From NCBI GenBank assembly GCA_043801155.1, contig JAZDMI010000021.1:194683-258682 (forward strand): 64,000 nucleotides of DNA, read 5' to 3'. The notes beneath the pieces were generated by a model. That model worked only from the letters and a program-made list of their open reading frames with translations. It was not told where the DNA came from and did not search any database. This document shows positions 47,861 through 56,672 of this stretch, piece by piece; positions within the stretch are counted from its first letter, which is position 1, and every line of letters starts with the position of its first letter. Origin of the DNA: Candidatus Gottesmanbacteria bacterium. Its GTDB lineage: Bacteria > Patescibacteriota > Microgenomatia > JAMCYU01. A program made the translations under genes and the position numbers.

Positions 47861-49498
47861 ATGAAACGAAAAACGCTAGTTATAATTTTAATAATATTTT
47901 TTGGGCTGATAGGGATAAAAGCTCTATTCCATCCTGGATTTTACACTAATCATGATGGTGAACATCAGGTCATCAGACTCTATCATTTTGATCAGAGCCT
48001 AAAGGATGGTCAGGTCTCGCCTAGATGGGCAGGAACAGCGGATAATGGTTATGGATATCCCTTATTTATTTTTTCCTACCAGTCTCCTTGGTTTATCGGA
48101 GTACCGCTTCTAAAATTAGGATTATCTTTAACCGACGCGGTAAAAGGAGTGTTTGTAATCGGATTTATTATTTCGGGCATTACCATGCTACTGTGGCTTT
48201 CACAAATGTTAGGAACCCTTCCCGGTTTAGTTGGTGCATTCCTCTATCTGTGGGCACCGTTTAGATTTTCTAATATTTTTGTCAGGGCTTCACTAGGAGA
48301 AGCAACGGCATATTTATTCATTCCTCTTGTTTTTTGGGGAATTTGGCGAAGTATTCATCATAAAAAAAGCATGATATTAATTAGTATAGGATTAGCCGGA
48401 ATTATACTTTCTCACATGATGGTTCTGATTGTATTTTCACTTCCGATCATCATCTGGTCATTGATACAGGTATGGGAATCAAAACAAAAAATAACAGTCG
48501 CTAGAAGAATATTTATTGGTGGTTTATTCGGAACTGGATTATCCGCCTATTATTTTCTCCCGGCAATTTTAGAGATGAATTATACGGTTGCTAGTCAAAC
48601 TCTTCAGTCGCATTTTTTAGACCATTTCGTTACTCTGGAACAACTTGTATATTCAAAATGGGGCTATGGATTTGATTTTCCAGGGTCCGTTAACGACGCC
48701 ATGTCTTTTCAAGTAGGTATTGGCCAATGGCTTGCAGTAGGATTACTTTGTATTTTTATAATAATAGATTGGTGGCGAAGAAAAAAAATCGATATAGTTG
48801 CATCATTTTCAGTTGGTATTTTCCTTTTTTCTATTTTAATGATGATTCCAATTTCTAAACCAATTTGGGAATTTATGGTGAAGTATGCTTATTTTGATTT
48901 TCCCTGGAGATATTTAGGATTAGCAGTGTTCTCCGGTAGTTTGGCAGCCGCAATTCTTATAAGCAAACTCGGTAAACTTGGATGGATATTCACTTTCGTA
49001 TTTTTTATTATCGCATTTTATACTAATAGGAATCATCTTAATGTTAATCAATATATTTATAATAATGATTCTTATTATTCGGCTAATCTGCAGACGACGA
49101 ATATGTATGATGAATACCGTCCAAAAACAATTAATAGCGAATACTTAAAACAAAAGAGAAACCGGTTTGAATACGATAAAAAAGAAATTATAGTTAATCA
49201 ACTTATTTCTAAATCAAATTATCTTAAGGTTGAAGGACAGGCAAACCAACAGACGAAGTCAATAATAAACATTAGTTATTACCCCGGGTGGAATATTTGG
49301 CTTAACAAAGTTAAACAACCAAAATCAGTTAATGGAGATGGGGTTATGGAAGTAATTTTACCAAAAGGCAAGTTTGATTTGCAGGTGATATTTCAGAATA
49401 CCTTACTGCGAACAATTTCTAATATTATTTCATTGATTTCAGTAAGCCTTATTGTAATTTGGTTAATACCTAAAAATAAAACCTTTTCTAAAAACTGA
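47861..49498 (+). CDS. 'Family B' polytopic membrane protein (paralog 4)
   Basis: FYTNHDGEHQVIRLYHFDQSLKDGQVSPRWAGTADNGYGYPLFIFSYQSPWF; YYFLPA and DFPWRY; C-terminal SYYPGWNIWLN...ILPKGKFDLQVIF. Confidence 0.55.
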   Translation: MKRKTLVIILIIFFGLIGIKALFHPGFYTNHDGEHQVIRLYHFDQSLKDGQVSPRWAGTADNGYGYPLFIFSYQSPWFIGVPLLKLGLSLTDAVKGVFVIGFIISGITMLLWLSQMLGTLPGLVGAFLYLWAPFRFSNIFVRASLGEATAYLFIPLVFWGIWRSIHHKKSMILISIGLAGIILSHMMVLIVFSLPIIIWSLIQVWESKQKITVARRIFIGGLFGTGLSAYYFLPAILEMNYTVASQTLQSHFLDHFVTLEQLVYSKWGYGFDFPGSVNDAMSFQVGIGQWLAVGLLCIFIIIDWWRRKKIDIVASFSVGIFLFSILMMIPISKPIWEFMVKYAYFDFPWRYLGLAVFSGSLAAAILISKLGKLGWIFTFVFFIIAFYTNRNHLNVNQYIYNNDSYYSANLQTTNMYDEYRPKTINSEYLKQKRNRFEYDKKEIIVNQLISKSNYLKVEGQANQQTKSIINISYYPGWNIWLNKVKQPKSVNGDGVMEVILPKGKFDLQVIFQNTLLRTISNIISLISVSLIVIWLIPKNKTFSKN

Positions 49499-49507
49499 AT
49501 AATTAAA

Positions 49508-50602
49508 ATGAGATTTGTAATAATAAGTTTTATAATCTGGCGGTTGTTACTTACATTAATTACTCTGATCAGTATAAATATTTTACCATTAAGAACTGGC
49601 TTTTTAGGCGGTGGGCTAGAAAAGTATGCACCGAATCCGCTACTTTGGGGATGGGCTAATATGGATGGTGTACATTATCTTTCAATTGCTCAAAACGGAT
49701 ATTTCCAATTCGAACAAGCCTTCTTTCCGTTATATCCTTTACTGATAAGGTTAATTTCCAAAATCAGCAGTTTGGATAACATTATTTCTGGTTTAATGAT
49801 TTCACATATTAGCACCCTTTTAGGAATTATTATTTTTTATAAATTTATTGAGAAACAATTCTCTGCAAACTTAGCTAAACAAGCAATTGTTATATTTCTT
49901 ATTTTTCCTGGGTCATTTTTTTTGGTTAGTGTTTATACCGAAGGATTATTTTTTTTCTTAATTATTGCTTCAATTTATTTTACCAACCAAAAAAAGTGGT
50001 TTTTGGCTTCAATATTTGCCGGTTTAGCCAGTGCAACCAGATTGGCGGGGATCTTTTTACTCCCGGTCATGCTTTATATATGGTTAAAAGATAATAAGAA
50101 ATCATGGCAGCAGATACCGATTATTTTATTAAGCTCATCGGGTTTATTATTTTATTTATATTATCTATGGAAAATATATAATGATCCGTTACTTTTTTTC
50201 CACGTTCAGCCGGCATTTGGAGCTAATAGGTCTGGAGAATCTATTATTATTTTACCGCAAGTTTTGTTTCGTTACATAAAGATATTTGTAACCGCAAGTT
50301 TTTCATATGATTATTTAATTGCCGGTCTTGAGTTTGGCTTTTTTTTGTCAGCAATAATTTTGCTGATTAGATGTATTCATAAAATCCCTATTAGTTATCA
50401 GATTTTTGCCTGGTTGAGTCTGCTTGTTCCGACTTTAACCGGAAGTTTATCATCAATGCCCAGATATCTATTAACTATTTTTCCTCTATTTATTTGTCTA
50501 GCCTTAGAAAAAAAACCGGTGAAAATCTCTTACATAGCTATATCGGCAATCATTCTAGTATTTACAATGATGTTCTTTTTCCGAGGTTATTTTATATCTT
50601 AA
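49508..50602 (+). CDS. PIG-V/Gpi18-like (GT76-type) membrane mannosyltransferase homologue
   Basis: WANMDGVHYLSIAQNGYFQFEQAFFPLYPLL resembles the PIG-V family WDxxHFxxIAxxGYxxExxxAFFP signature; 364 aa, multi-TM. Confidence 0.45.
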   Translation: MRFVIISFIIWRLLLTLITLISINILPLRTGFLGGGLEKYAPNPLLWGWANMDGVHYLSIAQNGYFQFEQAFFPLYPLLIRLISKISSLDNIISGLMISHISTLLGIIIFYKFIEKQFSANLAKQAIVIFLIFPGSFFLVSVYTEGLFFFLIIASIYFTNQKKWFLASIFAGLASATRLAGIFLLPVMLYIWLKDNKKSWQQIPIILLSSSGLLFYLYYLWKIYNDPLLFFHVQPAFGANRSGESIIILPQVLFRYIKIFVTASFSYDYLIAGLEFGFFLSAIILLIRCIHKIPISYQIFAWLSLLVPTLTGSLSSMPRYLLTIFPLFICLALEKKPVKISYIAISAIILVFTMMFFFRGYFIS

Positions 50603-50621
50603 TCATTTTTATACAATATAA

Positions 50622-51335
50622 ATGTTATTATCAATAATTATTCCCGTTTATAACGAAGAAAAAACGATTGGCCAGCTTTTAAAGCTATTAAACTCAGTAA
50701 ATATTCCTTCAGTGCAAAAAGAGATTATCCTTATTGATGATGGTTCAAAAGACCGGACATCAATAGAGATTGACAAGATTAAATCCTCAATCGCCGGACT
50801 TAAAATAATTCATCACCAACAGAACTCTGGTAAAGGATCCGCGATAAGAAGCGGATGCGAGTTAGCCACAGGTAACTATATTATTGTTCAAGACGCCGAT
50901 CTTGAGTATCAACCATCAGATATCGTTCGCTTACTGGATCCGATCATCAATCACAAAGCGGAAGTAGTTTATGGTACTAGACTTAATCGTCTTCCTCATA
51001 TATTTAAAGAAGAAAGGAGTACCCTTTTTTTTCTTCATTATCTCGGTAATAGAATTTTAAGTTTATTAACAAGTATACTTTATGGTCAGTGGCTTACTGA
51101 CATGGAGACAGGTTATAAGGTATTTCCCCGGTCAGCTTTAAAGAAGATTACTCTTAAAGCAAACGGTTTTGATATTGAACCTGAGCTTACAAGTAAACTT
51201 ATAAAGGCTGGTTATCACATTCTTGAAATTCCAATTTCGGCTAATCCGCGGAATTATAAACAAGGTAAAAAATTTAATACCATAAAAGATGGATTTATGG
51301 CTTTTTGGAAGATTCTGTTATATCGGTTTACTTAA
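50622..51335 (+). CDS. GT2 glycosyltransferase (Dpm1-like polyprenyl-phosphate sugar synthase)
   Basis: LLSIIIPVYNEEKTI...LIDDGSKDRT, VQDADLEYQP, GTRL. Confidence 0.7.
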   Translation: MLLSIIIPVYNEEKTIGQLLKLLNSVNIPSVQKEIILIDDGSKDRTSIEIDKIKSSIAGLKIIHHQQNSGKGSAIRSGCELATGNYIIVQDADLEYQPSDIVRLLDPIINHKAEVVYGTRLNRLPHIFKEERSTLFFLHYLGNRILSLLTSILYGQWLTDMETGYKVFPRSALKKITLKANGFDIEPELTSKLIKAGYHILEIPISANPRNYKQGKKFNTIKDGFMAFWKILLYRFT

Positions 51336-51339
51336 GAAT

Positions 51340-51951
51340 ATGAATCTCAATTTTAAAATTCCCGATAATCTCACCCGCGGATATGGACTTTTTGAGAATT
51401 TTCTGGCAAAAAAAAGAGCGCAAAAAGCAGATAAACTTATCGATAACAACTTAAGAAGTGGTCGAATTCTTGATATCGGTTGCGGTTCATATCCATATTT
51501 TTTATCGTTAACCAGATTTCAGGAAAAATATGGGTTGGACAATACTTATAATCACGAAATTATTAATAACCAAAAAATAAATATTTTAAAACTGGATATC
51601 GAGCAGACACTCCTTCCCTTTCCTGATCAATATTTTGATGTAGTCACGATGTTGGCCTTTATTGAACACGTAAATCCGGATAGATTACCAATACTCTTAC
51701 AAGAGATTAAGCGAGTTTTGAAAAAAAACGGACAATTAATAATAACGACTCCGCCTTCATGGGTAAAACGATTATTATTTGTGTTGTCAATTATCAATTT
51801 TGTAAGTAAAGTTGAAATTAAAGACCACAAAAACTCATTTACCGAAAAAAGCTTAGTCGGAATTGTCGAGAAGGCTAATTTCCCATCAGAAAAAATACGA
51901 TGTGGTTTATTTCTTTATCACTTAAATAGATGGCTTACTGCTAGAAAATGA
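51340..51951 (+). CDS. Class I SAM-dependent methyltransferase
   Basis: Motif I ILDIGCGSYPYF, post-I acidic DIEQ, VVTMLAFIEHV, KKNGQLIITTP. The track ORF starts at 51289, but the internal ATG at 51340 avoids a 47-bp overlap. Confidence 0.6.
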   Translation: MNLNFKIPDNLTRGYGLFENFLAKKRAQKADKLIDNNLRSGRILDIGCGSYPYFLSLTRFQEKYGLDNTYNHEIINNQKINILKLDIEQTLLPFPDQYFDVVTMLAFIEHVNPDRLPILLQEIKRVLKKNGQLIITTPPSWVKRLLFVLSIINFVSKVEIKDHKNSFTEKSLVGIVEKANFPSEKIRCGLFLYHLNRWLTARK

Positions 51952-53426
51952 TTAAAAATTTATTAAGCAAATATTACCAACAAGTTGTATTCTTAATTTT
52001 ACTTTTAAGTTTTATCTTAAGGTTTTTCAATTATGAAAATCGTTGGGGATTAGCATATGATCAAGCCCATGATGCCCTTGTTGCTAGATACGCTGTCGAG
52101 AATCTAAAATTACCATTGGTTGGGCCGTTTTCTTCTGGTGCTCAATTTCAGACATCAGGTATTTGGTATTGGTTGTTAATGTTAGCTACCTTATTATATC
52201 GGAATTCAATAATTACTCCCTGGATTATTATTACGATAATTTCCCTTATATTTATTTGGTTAATGATCATTGTGGGTAATGAACTTGTTGATAAAGAATT
52301 TGGATTATTAGCTGGGTTATTATCGTCTGTGTCTACGGCCCAGATAGCTCAATCAACAAATTTAACACTGACGGCTCCAATGGCGGTAATATCACTTTTA
52401 ATAATTTTTTCAATGATAAAATACATAAAAACAAAAAATTATCGATATATTTTTTTATTGGGATTTTTTACTGCGTTAGCCCCGACGATACATCTTCAGG
52501 GAGTGGTTTTGATAATATTCTCCATAATTACTTTTATATACCTAAGACATCTTGATATCAAAGCTTATATTTTATTTTTTATCGGCTTATTCTTACCACT
52601 TACGCCACTTATAATATTTGATCTACAAAATAATTTTGTTAATATATCAGGTCTTGTTAATTACATACTTTTCGTCCAATACAGGATTTCTTACGAAGAG
52701 CTTGGGCGACGATGGTTGACATATCTAGGTGTTTTTTGGCCTGCTTCGTGGGCGAGAATTATCGGTGGGGAGGTGATATTAGGTTATGCTACTATATTAA
52801 GTTTAATAACTTTTTCTTTCTACCGTATGGTTAAAAAACAGCTAACGAAAGAATGGTTAATTATTATGTCATCTTTTGCGATATTTATATTGGGTTTAAG
52901 ATACGTACGGACTCCATTATTTGATAGTTATCTTGTTTTTTTACACCCCTTTATTTTGTTTTTAACCACATGGTTATTATTACAATTCAAAAGGAAAAAT
53001 TTGATTATATTTATTTTTGTATTACTAATAGTTATTTTTGCATCCCTTAGAATTGATATTTTAGAAATTAAAAACAGTGGAAATTCTACTGCAAAACTAA
53101 GCCAAGATTGGCGGGAACTTATCCTTAATAAGTTTCCAGGTAAGAAATTTGCCGTCTATGATCATGATTATAAATCAGCTGGCTTAAGTTTACCGATAGT
53201 ACTATACTTATATGAACAAGATAAAATTGCCAACGATGGCATTAAGATTGGTTTTTCTAATATCATCGAAGCGTCAAGCAGTGGTTTGGTAAAAGTATTG
53301 AATGGCCCCGGTGGTCTTAATCTCTATCAGCTAAACAAATCAACCTCTAATTTAGTAAAAGATCGATGGGTGTCTGTAAATCCAAGTAGTATTTATCAAT
53401 CAACCGAAGAATGGAATTTTTACTAA
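51948..53426 (+). CDS. Polytopic membrane glycosyltransferase, GT-C ('family C' paralog 3)
   Basis: RFFNYENRWGLAYDQAHDALVARYAVENLKLPLVGPFSSGAQFQTSGIWYW; C-terminal soluble domain. Confidence 0.5.
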   Translation: MIKNLLSKYYQQVVFLILLLSFILRFFNYENRWGLAYDQAHDALVARYAVENLKLPLVGPFSSGAQFQTSGIWYWLLMLATLLYRNSIITPWIIITIISLIFIWLMIIVGNELVDKEFGLLAGLLSSVSTAQIAQSTNLTLTAPMAVISLLIIFSMIKYIKTKNYRYIFLLGFFTALAPTIHLQGVVLIIFSIITFIYLRHLDIKAYILFFIGLFLPLTPLIIFDLQNNFVNISGLVNYILFVQYRISYEELGRRWLTYLGVFWPASWARIIGGEVILGYATILSLITFSFYRMVKKQLTKEWLIIMSSFAIFILGLRYVRTPLFDSYLVFLHPFILFLTTWLLLQFKRKNLIIFIFVLLIVIFASLRIDILEIKNSGNSTAKLSQDWRELILNKFPGKKFAVYDHDYKSAGLSLPIVLYLYEQDKIANDGIKIGFSNIIEASSSGLVKVLNGPGGLNLYQLNKSTSNLVKDRWVSVNPSSIYQSTEEWNFY

Positions 53427-53465
53427 ATAAGTATTTTTTATCAGGAACGATTATAGGAGAAAACC

Positions 53466-53494
53466 TTGGACTTTAGTCTAGGGAAGCTTATAAT
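53466..53494 (+). promoter_or_regulatory. Sigma70-like promoter TTGGAC-17-TATAAT directly abutting the ATG at 53501
   Basis: TTGGAC at 53466-53471, 17-bp spacer, TATAAT at 53489-53494; only 6 nt before the start codon, which suggests a leaderless mRNA. Confidence 0.45.
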
Positions 53495-53500
53495 ATATCT

Positions 53501-55174
53501 ATGCCTAGATATATAAGAAATAACCTTTTTCTTATTTTAATTTTAGTCTTATCTTTTTGCCTGCGGTTTTGGCAGTTAGGCAGTATTCCGTCCGGGATTC
53601 ATGCAGATGAAGCTGTTACTGGTTATACTGCTTATAGTTTAGGTAAAATAGGAGTTGATCTTGGGGGTACCTTTAATCTATTTGGAATAACTGATGTTAA
53701 TATTGGCGGGACTGCACCGCCAATATATACTTTTATATTAGTTCCCTTAGTTAAGATCTTTGGACTTAGTATTGGGATTATTAGATTACCATCAGCTATA
53801 TTTGGAGTTCTCTCGGTCATTTTAGTATATTTAATTAGTAAGAATTTGTTTAAATCTCAGCAACTTTCTCTTCTAATTACTTTCCTTTTTGCCGTTAATC
53901 CTTGGGCAATCCATATTTCCCGGCAAGGGATGCTAGAATCAATATCCTTACTTTTTGTTCTAGCCGGAATATTTTTTTTCCTTTATAGTGATAATAAAAA
54001 ATATTTATTTATTATTTCTGCTTTATTTTTAGGTTTATCTTTTTTTGTTTACGATGCCCCAAAAATCTTCTTGCCTCTGTTTGTGTTAGCCCTGTTTTTT
54101 TATAAAAAAGATATGATTTTTAGGAATAAAAAATACTTTTTAATATTTATTATCGTATTTTCAATTTTTCTTTTAGTATTATTTCAACAGACTTTTTTAG
54201 TCGGAGAATATAAGGAATTTACCAAATCTAGCATAATTAATATTAACAAGATTGCTGAAATGGTTGATGTTGAGAGAAATCTTTCACTGGCACCCCTTTG
54301 GTTAACAAAAATTTTTCATAACAAGTTGACAGTAGGTTTTAAAACTTTTTTAAACAGCTATTCTACAGTTTTTTCCTTAAACTGGTTTTTCTTTAATGGT
54401 TCAAATAATCTTCAGCAATCGGTCGGACGTCATGGGCAATTCTATTTTTTTGAATTGCCTTTTTTCTTCTATGGATTATATTTATTGTTCAAGACCAATA
54501 AAAAATTGTTCCTCTTTTTATTATCTTGGATTTTCATCGGAGCCTTACCCGGTGGATTAACTAGTGGTAATTATGCCTATCGTTCAGTGCATATTTTACC
54601 AGCGCCGATATTCTTTTCCGGTTTAGGATTATATAGTTTTTGGCACATGTTAAAAAAATCATCGGTTGTTAAGCAATTGATTTTAAAATTAATTCTAATT
54701 ATTATTTGTTTTTCATTTATAACTAGTTATTTTCTAACATATTACTTTGACTACCCTGTCTATGCATCAGAATGGTGGGCTAAGCAGCAAAACCAAGCAT
54801 TAGAATATGCTCAATCACGGGAACATTCTTATCAAAAGATATTTATTGATGGTGAAGGATCTTGGGTTGTTATGTACGCCTTCCAAAATAAAATTGATCC
54901 CAGTATGTATAGACAGGCATATCAAAACCAAGTTTTAGTCAATAACACAAAAACTATCCAATTGGGTAAATTTTACTTTGGACAACTAATCCCTTCGGAA
55001 GAAAGTGATACTTTTAAATGCTCATACGTTAAAAATTGTACTCCGTCCATCTATTTTCCTAAAAATTCATTGGTTATTACTAATGCATTGAATTTTCCAA
55101 AAGAAAAATATGTTAAAGCTTTTTATGACCCCGGTGCGGTACGTATTATCTTTAAAGCATTCGCCGTCAAATAA
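53501..55174 (+). CDS. PMT/ArnT-like GT-C membrane glycosyltransferase ('family D' paralog 4)
   Basis: SGIHADEAVTGYTAYSLGKIGVDLGG; IFHNKLTVGFKTFLNSYSTVFSLNWFFF; 557 aa. Confidence 0.5.
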   Translation: MPRYIRNNLFLILILVLSFCLRFWQLGSIPSGIHADEAVTGYTAYSLGKIGVDLGGTFNLFGITDVNIGGTAPPIYTFILVPLVKIFGLSIGIIRLPSAIFGVLSVILVYLISKNLFKSQQLSLLITFLFAVNPWAIHISRQGMLESISLLFVLAGIFFFLYSDNKKYLFIISALFLGLSFFVYDAPKIFLPLFVLALFFYKKDMIFRNKKYFLIFIIVFSIFLLVLFQQTFLVGEYKEFTKSSIININKIAEMVDVERNLSLAPLWLTKIFHNKLTVGFKTFLNSYSTVFSLNWFFFNGSNNLQQSVGRHGQFYFFELPFFFYGLYLLFKTNKKLFLFLLSWIFIGALPGGLTSGNYAYRSVHILPAPIFFSGLGLYSFWHMLKKSSVVKQLILKLILIIICFSFITSYFLTYYFDYPVYASEWWAKQQNQALEYAQSREHSYQKIFIDGEGSWVVMYAFQNKIDPSMYRQAYQNQVLVNNTKTIQLGKFYFGQLIPSEESDTFKCSYVKNCTPSIYFPKNSLVITNALNFPKEKYVKAFYDPGAVRIIFKAFAVK

Positions 55175-56672
55175 GAATTTTATTATATCGTACCAATTCC
55201 TTATTCTATCTATAATTATTCTTCTAATTGGTAGTATTCCTCGGGTGATCGAACTGCTAACTGGTAACTATCTATTTGAATATGACCAGGGAGTTATTTT
55301 TCAATCAATTAAAAAAATTGTCGTTGATTATAAATTAACCCTAATTGGAACAGAAGTGGGAGGTATTGGTGGTTTTTTCCAAGGACCTGGTTGGTATTAT
55401 CTCCTATCCATTCCGTTTATAATAAGCGGTGGTAACCCTTATGGTGCGATGATTTTAATGTATATATTAGGATTTATAACAATATCTTTATCAATAATTA
55501 CCGTTACTCATATATATGGCAAAAATACTGCCTTAATTGTTGGATTTTTTATTGCTATTTCGCCGGCAATTATTTCCCAATCTCGTTTTATTTGGGCTCC
55601 ATTTCCAATTTCGCTTTTAACTGTTTTATTTCTTTATTATCTTTACCGGGTTTTTAATAACCAAAAAGAATTTCTTCCACAATCAACACTAATGCTAGGA
55701 TTAATGACTCATTTTGAAACAGCAGTAGCGGTTACTCTTTTAGTTACGGTACTTATTCTTATTCCTATTTTTATATTCAAAAAATTAACAACTTGGAAAA
55801 TGCTTTTTTTATCTGGGATTATATTAGTAGTATCTCAATTACCGCTAATCCTTTTTGACTTACGACATAATTTTTTGAATCTAAAAGGAATATTACGATT
55901 AATATTAACTACTGGGGGATCAAATCATAATTTAATGACGCTATTATATAATCGATTAGATATTTTTAAAGGCGTTTTATTAGACTCATTCCCCATGACC
56001 TACTACTGGTGGCCGTTTCTTCTTATTATATTAATTGGGATATTGATGTTTTTAAGTGATAATAAAAAATCTCCAAGTCAAAAAATGATGATTTTTTATT
56101 TAGTCTTTTGTCCATTTCTAATTTTTTTATTATTTTTAGGATATAATAAAGCAATTTGGACGTGGTGGATAATCGAGTTACATATTTTTTATTGCTATCT
56201 TATTGGAATAATATTGGCTTATTTTTGGGAGAAAAATTATTTAAGAATTCTCGTCAAAATAACTTTAGTATTTTTCTTTTTATTGAGTGTATATCAAACT
56301 TATAATTTATATAATAATGATTATAATGATTTTGGTGGTGTCCACAAAATTAAAGGTAAAATTCAGGCCTTAGATTATATTTATCACGATGCTAATAATA
56401 AGCCTTTCAACATAATGATTTTTTCGCCGCCAATTTATACCGACCCTTATGATTATTTACTTTGGTGGTATGGTAAAAGTAAATATAGATATGTCCCGGA
56501 AAAGAAAATTGCCGGAACCCTTTATCTATTAATCGAGCCAGATTCATATAAACCATGGTCGTATAATGGGTGGTTAGAGACGGTAATTAAAAAAGGAACG
56601 GTCATCAATAGAAAAAATCTTCCGAGTGGTTTTATAATTGAGAAAAGGTTGATAGGAGATAATAAGATATGA
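55110..56672 (+). CDS. Polytopic membrane glycosyltransferase, GT-C ('family C' paralog 4); start uncertain
   Basis: ELLTGNYLFEYDQGVIFQSIKKIVVDYKLTLIGTEVGGIGGFFQGPGWYY. The ATG at 55110 gives a 65-bp same-strand overlap with the upstream gene. No in-frame ATG exists after the upstream stop until far downstream, so either the overlap is real or a non-ATG start is used. Confidence 0.45.
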   Translation: MLKLFMTPVRYVLSLKHSPSNKNFIISYQFLILSIIILLIGSIPRVIELLTGNYLFEYDQGVIFQSIKKIVVDYKLTLIGTEVGGIGGFFQGPGWYYLLSIPFIISGGNPYGAMILMYILGFITISLSIITVTHIYGKNTALIVGFFIAISPAIISQSRFIWAPFPISLLTVLFLYYLYRVFNNQKEFLPQSTLMLGLMTHFETAVAVTLLVTVLILIPIFIFKKLTTWKMLFLSGIILVVSQLPLILFDLRHNFLNLKGILRLILTTGGSNHNLMTLLYNRLDIFKGVLLDSFPMTYYWWPFLLIILIGILMFLSDNKKSPSQKMMIFYLVFCPFLIFLLFLGYNKAIWTWWIIELHIFYCYLIGIILAYFWEKNYLRILVKITLVFFFLLSVYQTYNLYNNDYNDFGGVHKIKGKIQALDYIYHDANNKPFNIMIFSPPIYTDPYDYLLWWYGKSKYRYVPEKKIAGTLYLLIEPDSYKPWSYNGWLETVIKKGTVINRKNLPSGFIIEKRLIGDNKI

